This document shows positions 57,471 to 64,000 of a stretch of 64,000 bases of DNA, piece after piece. The position numbers and the translations under genes were made by a program. The notes beneath the pieces were generated by a model, which was not told the origin of the DNA, searched no databases, and saw nothing but the letters and a program-made list of their open reading frames with translations. Positions within the stretch are counted from its first letter, which is position 1, and each line of letters opens with the position of its first letter. This DNA is from an uncultured Chloroflexia bacterium (GTDB lineage: Bacteria; Chloroflexota; Limnocylindria; Limnocylindrales; CSP1-4), in assembly GCA_963708065.1 (NCBI GenBank), contig CAVPRZ010000004.1, positions 326,036 through 390,035 on the forward strand. Reading direction: 5' to 3'.

Positions 57471-58013
57471 TCAGCGTCCGCCGACCCCGGCCGCGGCCCG
57501 GTCGGCGAGCGCGACCCGCCCGGCCGTCGCTCCGCGGGCGAGCGCCAGCGCCTGGGTCTCCTCGTCCGACAGGGTCGCCTCGGGCCGGCCCGAGGCGACC
57601 GCCTTGGCGTAGATCCGGGTGCCGCCGCGGGCGTGGAGGCTGCTGACGATGACACCGTCGTCGTCGGCGTCGAGAAGCGCCAGGGCGAAGCTCTGGTTGC
57701 TGCCGGTGTCCTCGAACGGGTTGAACCGGACGAGCCCGATCCGCTGGAACGCCTTGCGCCCGCTGACCTCGAGCGTGCGCGTCCGCCCGGCCAGCCGGTC
57801 GACCGCGTCCGCGACCTCGTCGATCCGCCCGAGATGCGCCTCGAGCAGGCCCTGGATGCTCCGCCCGTCGTCGCCACGGGTCAGGGCCTGGAGCCTCCGG
57901 TCGAGCTCGGCCGCGCGGCGCCAGGCGACGGCACCGACGACGAGTCCGGCCAGCGCAACGATCGCGAGCACCACGACGATCGGTCCGAGGTTGTCCTGGA
58001 TGAGCGCGGTCAC
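57471..58013 (-). CDS. DUF4446-family protein (N-terminal TM)
   Basis: Intact 180-aa ORF with a GTG start and GGAGG upstream: GPIVVVLAIVALAGLVVGAVAW...RIGLVRFNPFEDTGSNQSFALALLDADDDGVIVSSLHARGGTRIYAKAV. Confidence 0.7.
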   Translation of the reverse strand: MTALIQDNLGPIVVVLAIVALAGLVVGAVAWRRAAELDRRLQALTRGDDGRSIQGLLEAHLGRIDEVADAVDRLAGRTRTLEVSGRKAFQRIGLVRFNPFEDTGSNQSFALALLDADDDGVIVSSLHARGGTRIYAKAVASGRPEATLSDEETQALALARGATAGRVALADRAAAGVGGR

Positions 58014-58043
58014 CTGGCTGCGCAGCCTCCGTTCGGGGGACCG

Positions 58044-58052
58044 AGTCTAGCA
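58044..58052 (-). promoter_or_regulatory. Extended -10 TGCTAGACT about 30 nt upstream of the DUF4446 gene, with GGAGG in the leader
   Basis: The minus strand reads cctGCTAGACTcggtcccccgaacGGAGGctgcgcagccagGTG. Confidence 0.4.
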
Positions 58053-58168
58053 GGACCCATGGCCGACCCGACCTGCCGGCCCACGCGGCGGCCGGTGCTA
58101 TCCTTCCGCCGGCAGCCGGTCCGAGATGGGCCGGACGCGCACCCACCCCGACGGAGGATCGACGGCCG

Positions 58169-58516
58169 ATGGCCAAGCGAGCACGAGGCGGCGGCCGACG
58201 TCCCGGCCAGCGCCGGGCCACCCAGCGGACCGGCCCCCGGCCGGCCCCGGTCCCGGCCCGGCCCGCTGCAGCCGCGCCGGCGCCCGAGTTCGTCGATGTC
58301 GCCGTCGAGACGACGGACACAGCCGCTCCCCGCTCCACGGCCCCGGCGCGCACGCGCAGCCGCGCCTCGTCCTCGTCCTTCGAGGACTCGGCCGCGCAGG
58401 AGTACGCCTACGTCGCGTCAGACGTTCGTCGCATCGCGATCGTCGGCGGCTCCATGTTCGCCGTTCTCATCGCGCTGTTCATCCTGATCGAGGTGCTCGG
58501 GGTCATCCACCTCTAG
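58169..58516 (+). CDS. Small hypothetical protein: basic and Pro/Ala-rich N-terminus with a C-terminal TM anchor
   Basis: 115-aa ORF ending ...EYAYVASDVRRIAIVGGSMFAVLIALFILIEVLGVIHL. GGAGG lies 11 nt upstream. A GC hairpin follows (58523-58542). Confidence 0.5.
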   Translation: MAKRARGGGRRPGQRRATQRTGPRPAPVPARPAAAAPAPEFVDVAVETTDTAAPRSTAPARTRSRASSSSFEDSAAQEYAYVASDVRRIAIVGGSMFAVLIALFILIEVLGVIHL

Positions 58517-58522
58517 CCCGCC

Positions 58523-58542
58523 GGCCGGGCGACCCCCCGGCC
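58523..58542 (+). terminator. 7-bp GC hairpin 7 nt after the stop of the 58169-58516 ORF
   Basis: ggccggg cgaccc cccggcc. Confidence 0.4.
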
Positions 58543-58604
58543 ATCCCCCGATCGGCCTATCGACAGCGCCGGACGTCCCTTCTACGGTCACGCTCCAGCA
58601 ACTC

Positions 58605-60476
58605 ATGCCCAGCGAGCGTCCCTCTTTGGCAGCCATCGACACTGAACGCGTCAGACGCCGATCGAGCCTCCTGCTCCTGGTCTTCGGGGTCAGCCTCGGC
58701 CTCGTCGCGCTGACCGCCTGGGCCCTCGTCTCGGTCGTCTCCGACCGGCTCACCGATGCCGCGATTGCCTCGTCGGTCGAGGCCGACGAGAGCCTGGTCG
58801 GCGCCTTCAGCTCGACCGTCATCCTGCCCGCTGAGCTCCGCGCCGACGGTGTCGACCCGGCCCGGGTCAAGGCGATCCAGGACAAGCTCGCCGCCCTGAT
58901 CGACCGGGCCGGCGGGATCGCCCACATCAAGATCTGGCGGCCCGACGGAACCGTCCTGTACAGCGAGCGGCCCGACCTCCGCGGCCAGTCGTTCGGCCTC
59001 GACGACGACATCACCGATGCGATCGAGGGCAACGTCGTCCTGCCCAAGATCGAACCGGCCGACGAGGGCGAGGCCGCCACCTCCGAGCTCCCGCCCGGCA
59101 CCCAGGCGCTGGAGGAGTACATCCCGATCCGGATCGACGGCCAGGTCCCGGCCGTGTTCGAGATCTACCGCAATGCCGCGCCGATCGTGACTGCCGTCGA
59201 GGGGACCCGGCGTGCCGTCCTGCTCGTGACGGTCGCTGCAGCCCTCGTCCTGGCCGTTCTCCTCTACCTCATCTTCCGGGCGACCCAGGTCCGGCTCACC
59301 CGCCAGACGGCGGCGCTGATGGACGCCAGCCGGCGGGACGCGCTGACCGGTCTGCTGAACCACGGAACGGCCGTCGCAGAGCTGGCGACCTGGCTCGAGG
59401 GAACGCGGGTGTCGGGCGCGCCGGTCGGCGTGGCCCTCCTCGACCTCGACAACTTCCGGCTCCTGAACGAGGCCCATGGCCACGAGGGTGGCGACCGCGC
59501 CCTGGTCGAGGTCGCCCGGGTGCTCCGGACCGAGCTGTCGGAGGCGACCGTCGTCGGGCGCTACGGACCCGACGAGTTCCTGGTCGTGGCGCCGCCCGAG
59601 TGCGCACACGACCTCGAGCCGGCCATCGACCGGCTGCGCGCCCGGACGGGCGAGCTCAGTCTCCAGTTCGGTGGCTCGGAGCGGCTCCCGGTCACGGTCA
59701 GCGCCGGCGTCTGCTACTCGCCGGTCAACGGGCAGGCTGCGACCGAGCTGCTCGCCGTGGCCACCGGAGCGCTCACCGAGGCGAAGGCCAGCGGGGGCAA
59801 CGCCGTCCGGGTCGCCGACAACACGCCGGCGGACCTGGCGATCGCCCAGCGCTCTTCGTTCGAGGTGCTGACCGGCCTCGTCGTGGCGGTCGACACGAAG
59901 GATCGCTACACGAAGCAGCACTCGGAGGACGTCGCCCGCTACGCGGTCTTCCTCGCCGACCGGATCGGGCTCGGCCCCGAGGAGCGACGGTCGATCGAGC
60001 TGGCCGGGCTGCTCCACGACGTCGGCAAGATCGCGATCCCCGACGCCATCCTGCGCAAGCCGGCTCCGCTGACCGCCGATGAGTACGCCATCGTCAAGCA
60101 GCACGTCTGGCTCGGTGACGCGATCGTCCGGGACCTGCCGAACGTCGAGGCGGTCCGGGCCGGCGTCCGCCACCACCACGAGCGCTGGGACGGCAGTGGC
60201 TACCTGACCGCGCTCGCCGGCGAGGACATCCCGCTGATCGCCCGGATCGTGTCGGTCGCCGACGCGTTCAGCGCGATGACGACCACCCGCCCGTACCGCA
60301 AGGCCTTGACCGTGGCCGAGGCGCTCGGGCGTCTCCGGGCCGCGGCCGGATCGCAGCTCGACCCCCGGCTCGTCGACGCCTTCGTCGTCGGGATCGAGAC
60401 CGCGGACGACCCGCCGCTCCCGGGCGACGGGCGGACGAGGCACCCGGCCTGGACGCCGACCTCGAGCGTCGCCTGA
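58605..60476 (+). CDS. Membrane sensor protein: two TM segments flanking an extracytoplasmic domain, a degenerate GGDEF domain and an HD-GYP domain
   Basis: Intact 623-aa ORF: RRDALTGLLNH...LLDLDNFRLLNEAHGHEGGDRAL...VGRYGPDEFLVV (GPDEF instead of GGDEF). This is followed by HSEDVARYA...LLHDVGKIAIPD...HHERWDGSGY. Confidence 0.85.
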   Translation: MPSERPSLAAIDTERVRRRSSLLLLVFGVSLGLVALTAWALVSVVSDRLTDAAIASSVEADESLVGAFSSTVILPAELRADGVDPARVKAIQDKLAALIDRAGGIAHIKIWRPDGTVLYSERPDLRGQSFGLDDDITDAIEGNVVLPKIEPADEGEAATSELPPGTQALEEYIPIRIDGQVPAVFEIYRNAAPIVTAVEGTRRAVLLVTVAAALVLAVLLYLIFRATQVRLTRQTAALMDASRRDALTGLLNHGTAVAELATWLEGTRVSGAPVGVALLDLDNFRLLNEAHGHEGGDRALVEVARVLRTELSEATVVGRYGPDEFLVVAPPECAHDLEPAIDRLRARTGELSLQFGGSERLPVTVSAGVCYSPVNGQAATELLAVATGALTEAKASGGNAVRVADNTPADLAIAQRSSFEVLTGLVVAVDTKDRYTKQHSEDVARYAVFLADRIGLGPEERRSIELAGLLHDVGKIAIPDAILRKPAPLTADEYAIVKQHVWLGDAIVRDLPNVEAVRAGVRHHHERWDGSGYLTALAGEDIPLIARIVSVADAFSAMTTTRPYRKALTVAEALGRLRAAAGSQLDPRLVDAFVVGIETADDPPLPGDGRTRHPAWTPTSSVA

Positions 60477-60478
60477 CC

Positions 60479-60484
60479 TAGACT
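60479..60484 (+). promoter_or_regulatory. -10 TAGACT 6 nt before the rarA GTG (leaderless); it sits 3 nt after the stop of the upstream gene
   Basis: gcctgaccTAGACTggctcgGTG. Confidence 0.4.
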
Positions 60485-60490
60485 GGCTCG

Positions 60491-62014
60491 GTGCCGAGCC
60501 GCAAGCCGCCAACCGACCAGGTCGCCCTGTTCCAGCCGCCGCCGGGGCGGCAGCCGCTCGCGGCCCGGATGCGGCCCCGGAACCTCGCCGAGTTCGTCGG
60601 CCAGGACCACCTCGTCGGCGAGCGCGGGCCGCTCCGCCGCTCGATCGAGCGTGGCTACCTCGGGTCGCTCCTCCTGTGGGGGCCGCCGGGCACCGGCAAG
60701 ACGAGCCTGGCCCGCCTCCTCGCCGATGCCATCGACGCCCGCTTCGTGACCCTCTCCGCGGTGATGAGCGGCGTGGCCGACATCCGGGCCGCGGTCGCCG
60801 CCGCGCGCGAGCAGCTGACCCTCGACGGCGGCCGGACGATCCTGTTCATCGACGAGATCCACCGCTTCAACAAGGCCCAGCAGGACGGGCTCCTGCCCCA
60901 CGTCGAGGACGGCACGGTCACGCTCATCGGGGCGACCACCGAGAACCCCTACTTCGAGGTCAACGGGGCGCTCCTCTCGCGGCTCCGGGTGTGGCGCCTC
61001 GAGCCGCTGACCGACGAGGACGTCGCCACGGTCGTCCGCCGGGCGATCTCGGACGAGGAGCGGGGCCTGGCCGGCGCGCTCGGGCCGACAGGCGGGGTCG
61101 GCGTCGTCGACGAGCCGTTCGGCCATCTCGTCGGGCTGGCCGGCGGCGACGCGCGGCAGGCCCTCAACGTCCTCGAGGGCGCCGTCGCCCTGGCCGAGGC
61201 CGAGGACGTCCGCGACGAGGCCGGCCGGGTCGCTCCGCGGCTGGCCGACATCGAGGCCGCCGCCCAGCAGAAGGTGCTCGCCTACGACCGGGCCGGCGAC
61301 GGCCACTACGACACCGCCTCGGCGTTCATCAAGAGCCTCCGCGGCAACGACCCCGACGGCGCCCTGTACTGGCTGGCGACGATGATCGCCGCCGGCGAGG
61401 ACCCGCGGTTCATCGTCCGGCGCCTGATCATCTCGGCGTCCGAGGACGTCGGCAACGCCGACCCGCGGGCGCTCCAGGTCGCGGTCGCGGCGGCCGCCGC
61501 GCTCGACCACGTCGGCCTGCCCGAGGCGCAATACGCGCTCGCCCAGGCGACGACGTACATCGCGACGGCGCCCAAGTCCAACCGCTCGGGCGCGGCCTAC
61601 TGGGCGGCCGTGGCCGACCTCGAGTCGGGCGGTGCGCTGCCCGTCCCGATGCACCTCCGGAACGCCGGCCACCACGCCCTCAAGCAGTACGGCTACGGGG
61701 TCGGCTACCGCTACCCGCCCGAGTTCGAGGGCTCCGACGTGAGCCAGCAGTACCTCCCCGACGCCCTCGTCGAGCGGCGCTACTACCTGCCCAACGACCA
61801 GGGCTACGAGGCGACGATCGCGACCCGGATGGCGGGCCGGACCGACGCCCGCGAGGCGGCCCGCCAACGGGGCCGGCCCGAGCGCGAGTCGATCCCCGGG
61901 CCGAAGGCCGACGCGATGAAGGCCGGCGGCTCGATCATGAAGACCCGCGAGGAGAACCGGCGCAAGCTCGCCGAGACCGAGAAGCGGGACGCCGGCTCCG
62001 GCTCCACGCCCTGA
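60491..62014 (+). CDS. rarA: Replication-associated recombination protein A (RarA/MgsA AAA+ ATPase) with a charged C-terminal extension
   Basis: Intact 507-aa ORF with a GTG start: [64 protein letters not shown] and YDTASAFIKSLRGNDPDGALYWLA. Confidence 0.92.
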   Translation: MPSRKPPTDQVALFQPPPGRQPLAARMRPRNLAEFVGQDHLVGERGPLRRSIERGYLGSLLLWGPPGTGKTSLARLLADAIDARFVTLSAVMSGVADIRAAVAAAREQLTLDGGRTILFIDEIHRFNKAQQDGLLPHVEDGTVTLIGATTENPYFEVNGALLSRLRVWRLEPLTDEDVATVVRRAISDEERGLAGALGPTGGVGVVDEPFGHLVGLAGGDARQALNVLEGAVALAEAEDVRDEAGRVAPRLADIEAAAQQKVLAYDRAGDGHYDTASAFIKSLRGNDPDGALYWLATMIAAGEDPRFIVRRLIISASEDVGNADPRALQVAVAAAAALDHVGLPEAQYALAQATTYIATAPKSNRSGAAYWAAVADLESGGALPVPMHLRNAGHHALKQYGYGVGYRYPPEFEGSDVSQQYLPDALVERRYYLPNDQGYEATIATRMAGRTDAREAARQRGRPERESIPGPKADAMKAGGSIMKTREENRRKLAETEKRDAGSGSTP

Positions 62015-62046
62015 ACCCTCCTGGGACGTCCCGGATACTCCCTGAC

Positions 62047-62997
62047 ATGGCAGCACGTCCACTCGAGCGCGACCGACGCAGGCTGGTTCGGGGCCTCCCT
62101 CGCGTGGCGCTCACGACCCTGACGGCCCTCGCCGCGCTCGCCGGGCCTGGTTCGCTCGCGGCTGCGGGCGCGGCCCCGAGCCAGTCGCCCGCGACCGCGT
62201 CGTTGGTGCAGGCCTGGCTCGACGCCCCGTTCATCACGCCGGACGCCCCGCCGGGAGGCGTGCTCGAAGCCGGCGTCACGTTCTGGAATCCGGCGACGAA
62301 CGACTTCGCCGCAGTGGACGGGGTGTTCGCCCGGTTGCGCCCCGCGAAGGGCAAGGCCGCTGCGTCGGAGGGCTCGGTCAGCGCCGACTTCCCGGGCCAT
62401 GTCGTCGCTCAACTCGTCGTGCCGAAGGGCGGCCCCGGATCGTTGGTCATCGGGGTTCACACGGCCGCCGGCGACGAGATCCTCCCGCTGAGCGGCATCG
62501 GTCCCCCGCCCACCGCGACGGCCGACCAGCTGGTGGCCGCGACGTTCCATCCGTTCGTCGGCAGCGTCGTCGCCGGCCGACCCTACCCGGTGGTCGTCGA
62601 CGTCCAGCCCCGGGGCGAGTGGGAGCTCGCCACACTGCCCTCGTTGAACGGACTGTCGGTCGTCGCCTCGGTCGGCGGCCGGCAGGTCGCGTCCGCCCCG
62701 CTCGTGGAGGACGCCGCTCCGGGCACGCCATTCCGGGGCCAGGTGACCGTGCCCGACCCGGGTGCCGCGGAGCTCTCGGTGGCGCTCATCGGGCCGGACG
62801 GGACCACGAGCACCGTGGCGGGGGCGGCGGTGCCGGTGACCGCGGCCGCCGGGGATCGCCCGACGACCCCACCGGGTTCGACCACCCCGCCGCCGCCCTC
62901 GGGAGAAGGCGTGCCAATGATCGCCTGGCTGGTGATCGCCGCGCTGGTGGTCGGGCTGTTCGGCTTGATCGTCTGGCGAGTCGTCAGGGAGCGCTGA
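62047..62997 (+). CDS. Hypothetical exported protein with a signal-like N-terminus and a C-terminal TM anchor after a Pro/Thr linker
   Basis: ATG at 62047 inside track ORF 60676..62997: MAARPLERDRRRLVRGLPRVALTTLTALAALAGPGSLAAAGA...TTPPGSTTPPPPSGEGVPMIAWLVIAALVVGLFGLIVWRVV. Confidence 0.6.
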   Translation: MAARPLERDRRRLVRGLPRVALTTLTALAALAGPGSLAAAGAAPSQSPATASLVQAWLDAPFITPDAPPGGVLEAGVTFWNPATNDFAAVDGVFARLRPAKGKAAASEGSVSADFPGHVVAQLVVPKGGPGSLVIGVHTAAGDEILPLSGIGPPPTATADQLVAATFHPFVGSVVAGRPYPVVVDVQPRGEWELATLPSLNGLSVVASVGGRQVASAPLVEDAAPGTPFRGQVTVPDPGAAELSVALIGPDGTTSTVAGAAVPVTAAAGDRPTTPPGSTTPPPPSGEGVPMIAWLVIAALVVGLFGLIVWRVVRER

Positions 62998-63136
62998 GTC
63001 CTCGTCTCGACGCGTCGGTCGCGTGGAGTTGCCTTGGGCTGGCCGGGCCGTTCAGCGGGCACGCCCGGGCGTTGACGCTCAGCAGTCTGGCCGGAGCTGA
63101 CCGACCCGACCTTCGCGGGCCACGTCCGGCGCCGAC

Positions 63137-64000
63137 TCATCCCCTGGGCGTGATCGGCCGCCAGGAGAGGCCTCCGTCGTCGGTCGCGTAGAGCCCCGGA
63201 CCGGACGGTTCACCTCGAGCCCCTCCCACGACGACCGCCCAACCGTGCTTCTCGTCGACGAAGCGCAGCTGGCCGAAGCCCGGATCCGCCGGGAGCCCGA
63301 CCGACGGGATCGGCATCCAGGTCCGACCGGCGTCGGTCGTCCGGGAGAACGACGGGCCGAGCCCGTCCGCGGCTCCGAGGAAGCCGTACCAGGTCGACGC
63401 ATCGACTGGGGAGAAGCTGCCGATGTACCACGGTGCCGATCCAGTCAGGGTCCAGGTCCTTCCGCCGTCGGTCGTCACGAAGGCGTCTGTCGGGCCGGAG
63501 TCGTCGTGGCGGACGAGCCGTACGGCCGCGCCCTCACCGGTGGTGACCAGGTCGCCGGCCTCGTAGTCGATCGGCGTTGCCTTCCAGGACCGCCCGGCAT
63601 CGTGGCTCGTCATGAGCAGGTCGAAGGCCAGGCGCCCGTTGCCGCCCGGCCGCGAGGTCGACCCGAACGCGAGCATGTCGGTGGCGTCGAGGACGTGGAG
63701 GCCGCCCGACGTGCCCGCCGGGAGCTCCGCTACCACCGACCAGGTCTGGCCGCGGTCGACGGTCTTGAGCAACGACCCACCCGGATCCGGATCGCCCGCC
63801 AGGTTGCCGACGCTCGTCATGAGGAATCCCGTTGTGGCGTCCACGAAGACGGGGAACTCCGGCACTCCCCGGTGTTTCGGCAGGTCGACCGGCTCCCAGC
63901 TCTGGCCGCCGTCGTCCGTTCGGCGCACCACGGTGACGTCCGAGCCGTCCGGACCAGTCGTGACGTCGATCGACCACCCGAGGTCGGAGTCCGTGAAGAC
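63137..64000 (-). CDS. BNR/Asp-box repeat beta-propeller protein (Ycf48/sialidase-like), C-terminal part; the gene continues past the right edge
   Basis: Six SxDxGxTW-type boxes: TDDGGQSW, VDRGQTW, SHDAGRSW, TTDGGRTW, TTDAGRTW, TDDGGLSW. The frame stays open upstream of the track Met (63931) to the window end. Confidence 0.7.
   Translation of the reverse strand, partial: VFTDSDLGWSIDVTTGPDGSDVTVVRRTDDGGQSWEPVDLPKHRGVPEFPVFVDATTGFLMTSVGNLAGDPDPGGSLLKTVDRGQTWSVVAELPAGTSGGLHVLDATDMLAFGSTSRPGGNGRLAFDLLMTSHDAGRSWKATPIDYEAGDLVTTGEGAAVRLVRHDDSGPTDAFVTTDGGRTWTLTGSAPWYIGSFSPVDASTWYGFLGAADGLGPSFSRTTDAGRTWMPIPSVGLPADPGFGQLRFVDEKHGWAVVVGGARGEPSGPGLYATDDGGLSWRPITPRG

Noticed and set aside
1-64000. CRISPR arrays, rRNA genes, IS elements or transposases, prophage or toxin-antitoxin modules.
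   Set aside because: I saw no regularly spaced direct repeats, no rRNA-like conserved stretches, no DDE or serine recombinase signatures, and no phage structural genes. The only short repeat cluster (3915-4046) has three irregularly spaced copies and no spacer-like organisation.

Overview
This is a very GC-rich 64-kb chromosomal segment from a high-GC bacterium. Gene content looks Actinomycetota- or Chloroflexota-like, but the lineage cannot be fixed from this window.

I support about 56 protein genes and one tRNA-Met. Roughly 45 genes are on the minus strand, and many are chained by 4-nt GTGA/ATGA stop-start overlaps.

Content is mostly housekeeping:
- Translation and stringent response: aspS, hisS, relA/spoT.
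- A coupled block: topA, xerC, murJ, a FemAB-like gene, murE and a possibly DUF2993-like gene.
- DNA processing and repair: dprA, comM, an MrfA/MrfB-like helicase-exonuclease pair, a UvrD-like helicase fused to a PD-(D/E)XK nuclease, and rarA.
- Metabolism and other: tyrA, a stand-alone TrpB2, ppa, thpR, ftsH, ychF, murI, an agmatinase-like gene and two M20 peptidases.
- Signalling: a NarL-type response regulator, a degenerate-GGDEF/HD-GYP sensor, and two receiver-TadZ/CpaE-like ATPases.

I saw no rRNA, CRISPR array, transposase or prophage block.

Two caveats dominate:
1. The six-frame track is full of long spurious Arg/Pro/Gly-rich ORFs caused by the GC content, including antisense ORFs above 1000 aa.
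2. Roughly fifty single-base frame breaks (hand count) interrupt otherwise perfectly conserved genes, including essential ones. Most behave as one extra base and they are patchy. They look like consensus indel errors rather than pseudogenes. They create false fusions such as TopA-XerC and RelA-membrane protein.

The most interesting non-routine items are:
- an N-terminally truncated DnaB-C-like ATPase with a 4-TM partner, upstream of ppa-thpR;
- two orphan receiver-TadZ-like ATPases;
- a lone membrane-embedded alpha/beta-hydrolase-like gene beside the tRNA;
- a two-gene insertion inside the conserved dprA-topA-xerC synteny;
- a recurrent -10 element (GC)TAnnnT lying 6-10 nt from start codons, which implies widespread leaderless mRNAs.

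I did not find a compelling, clearly novel multi-gene system. The candidates are reported with modest scores.
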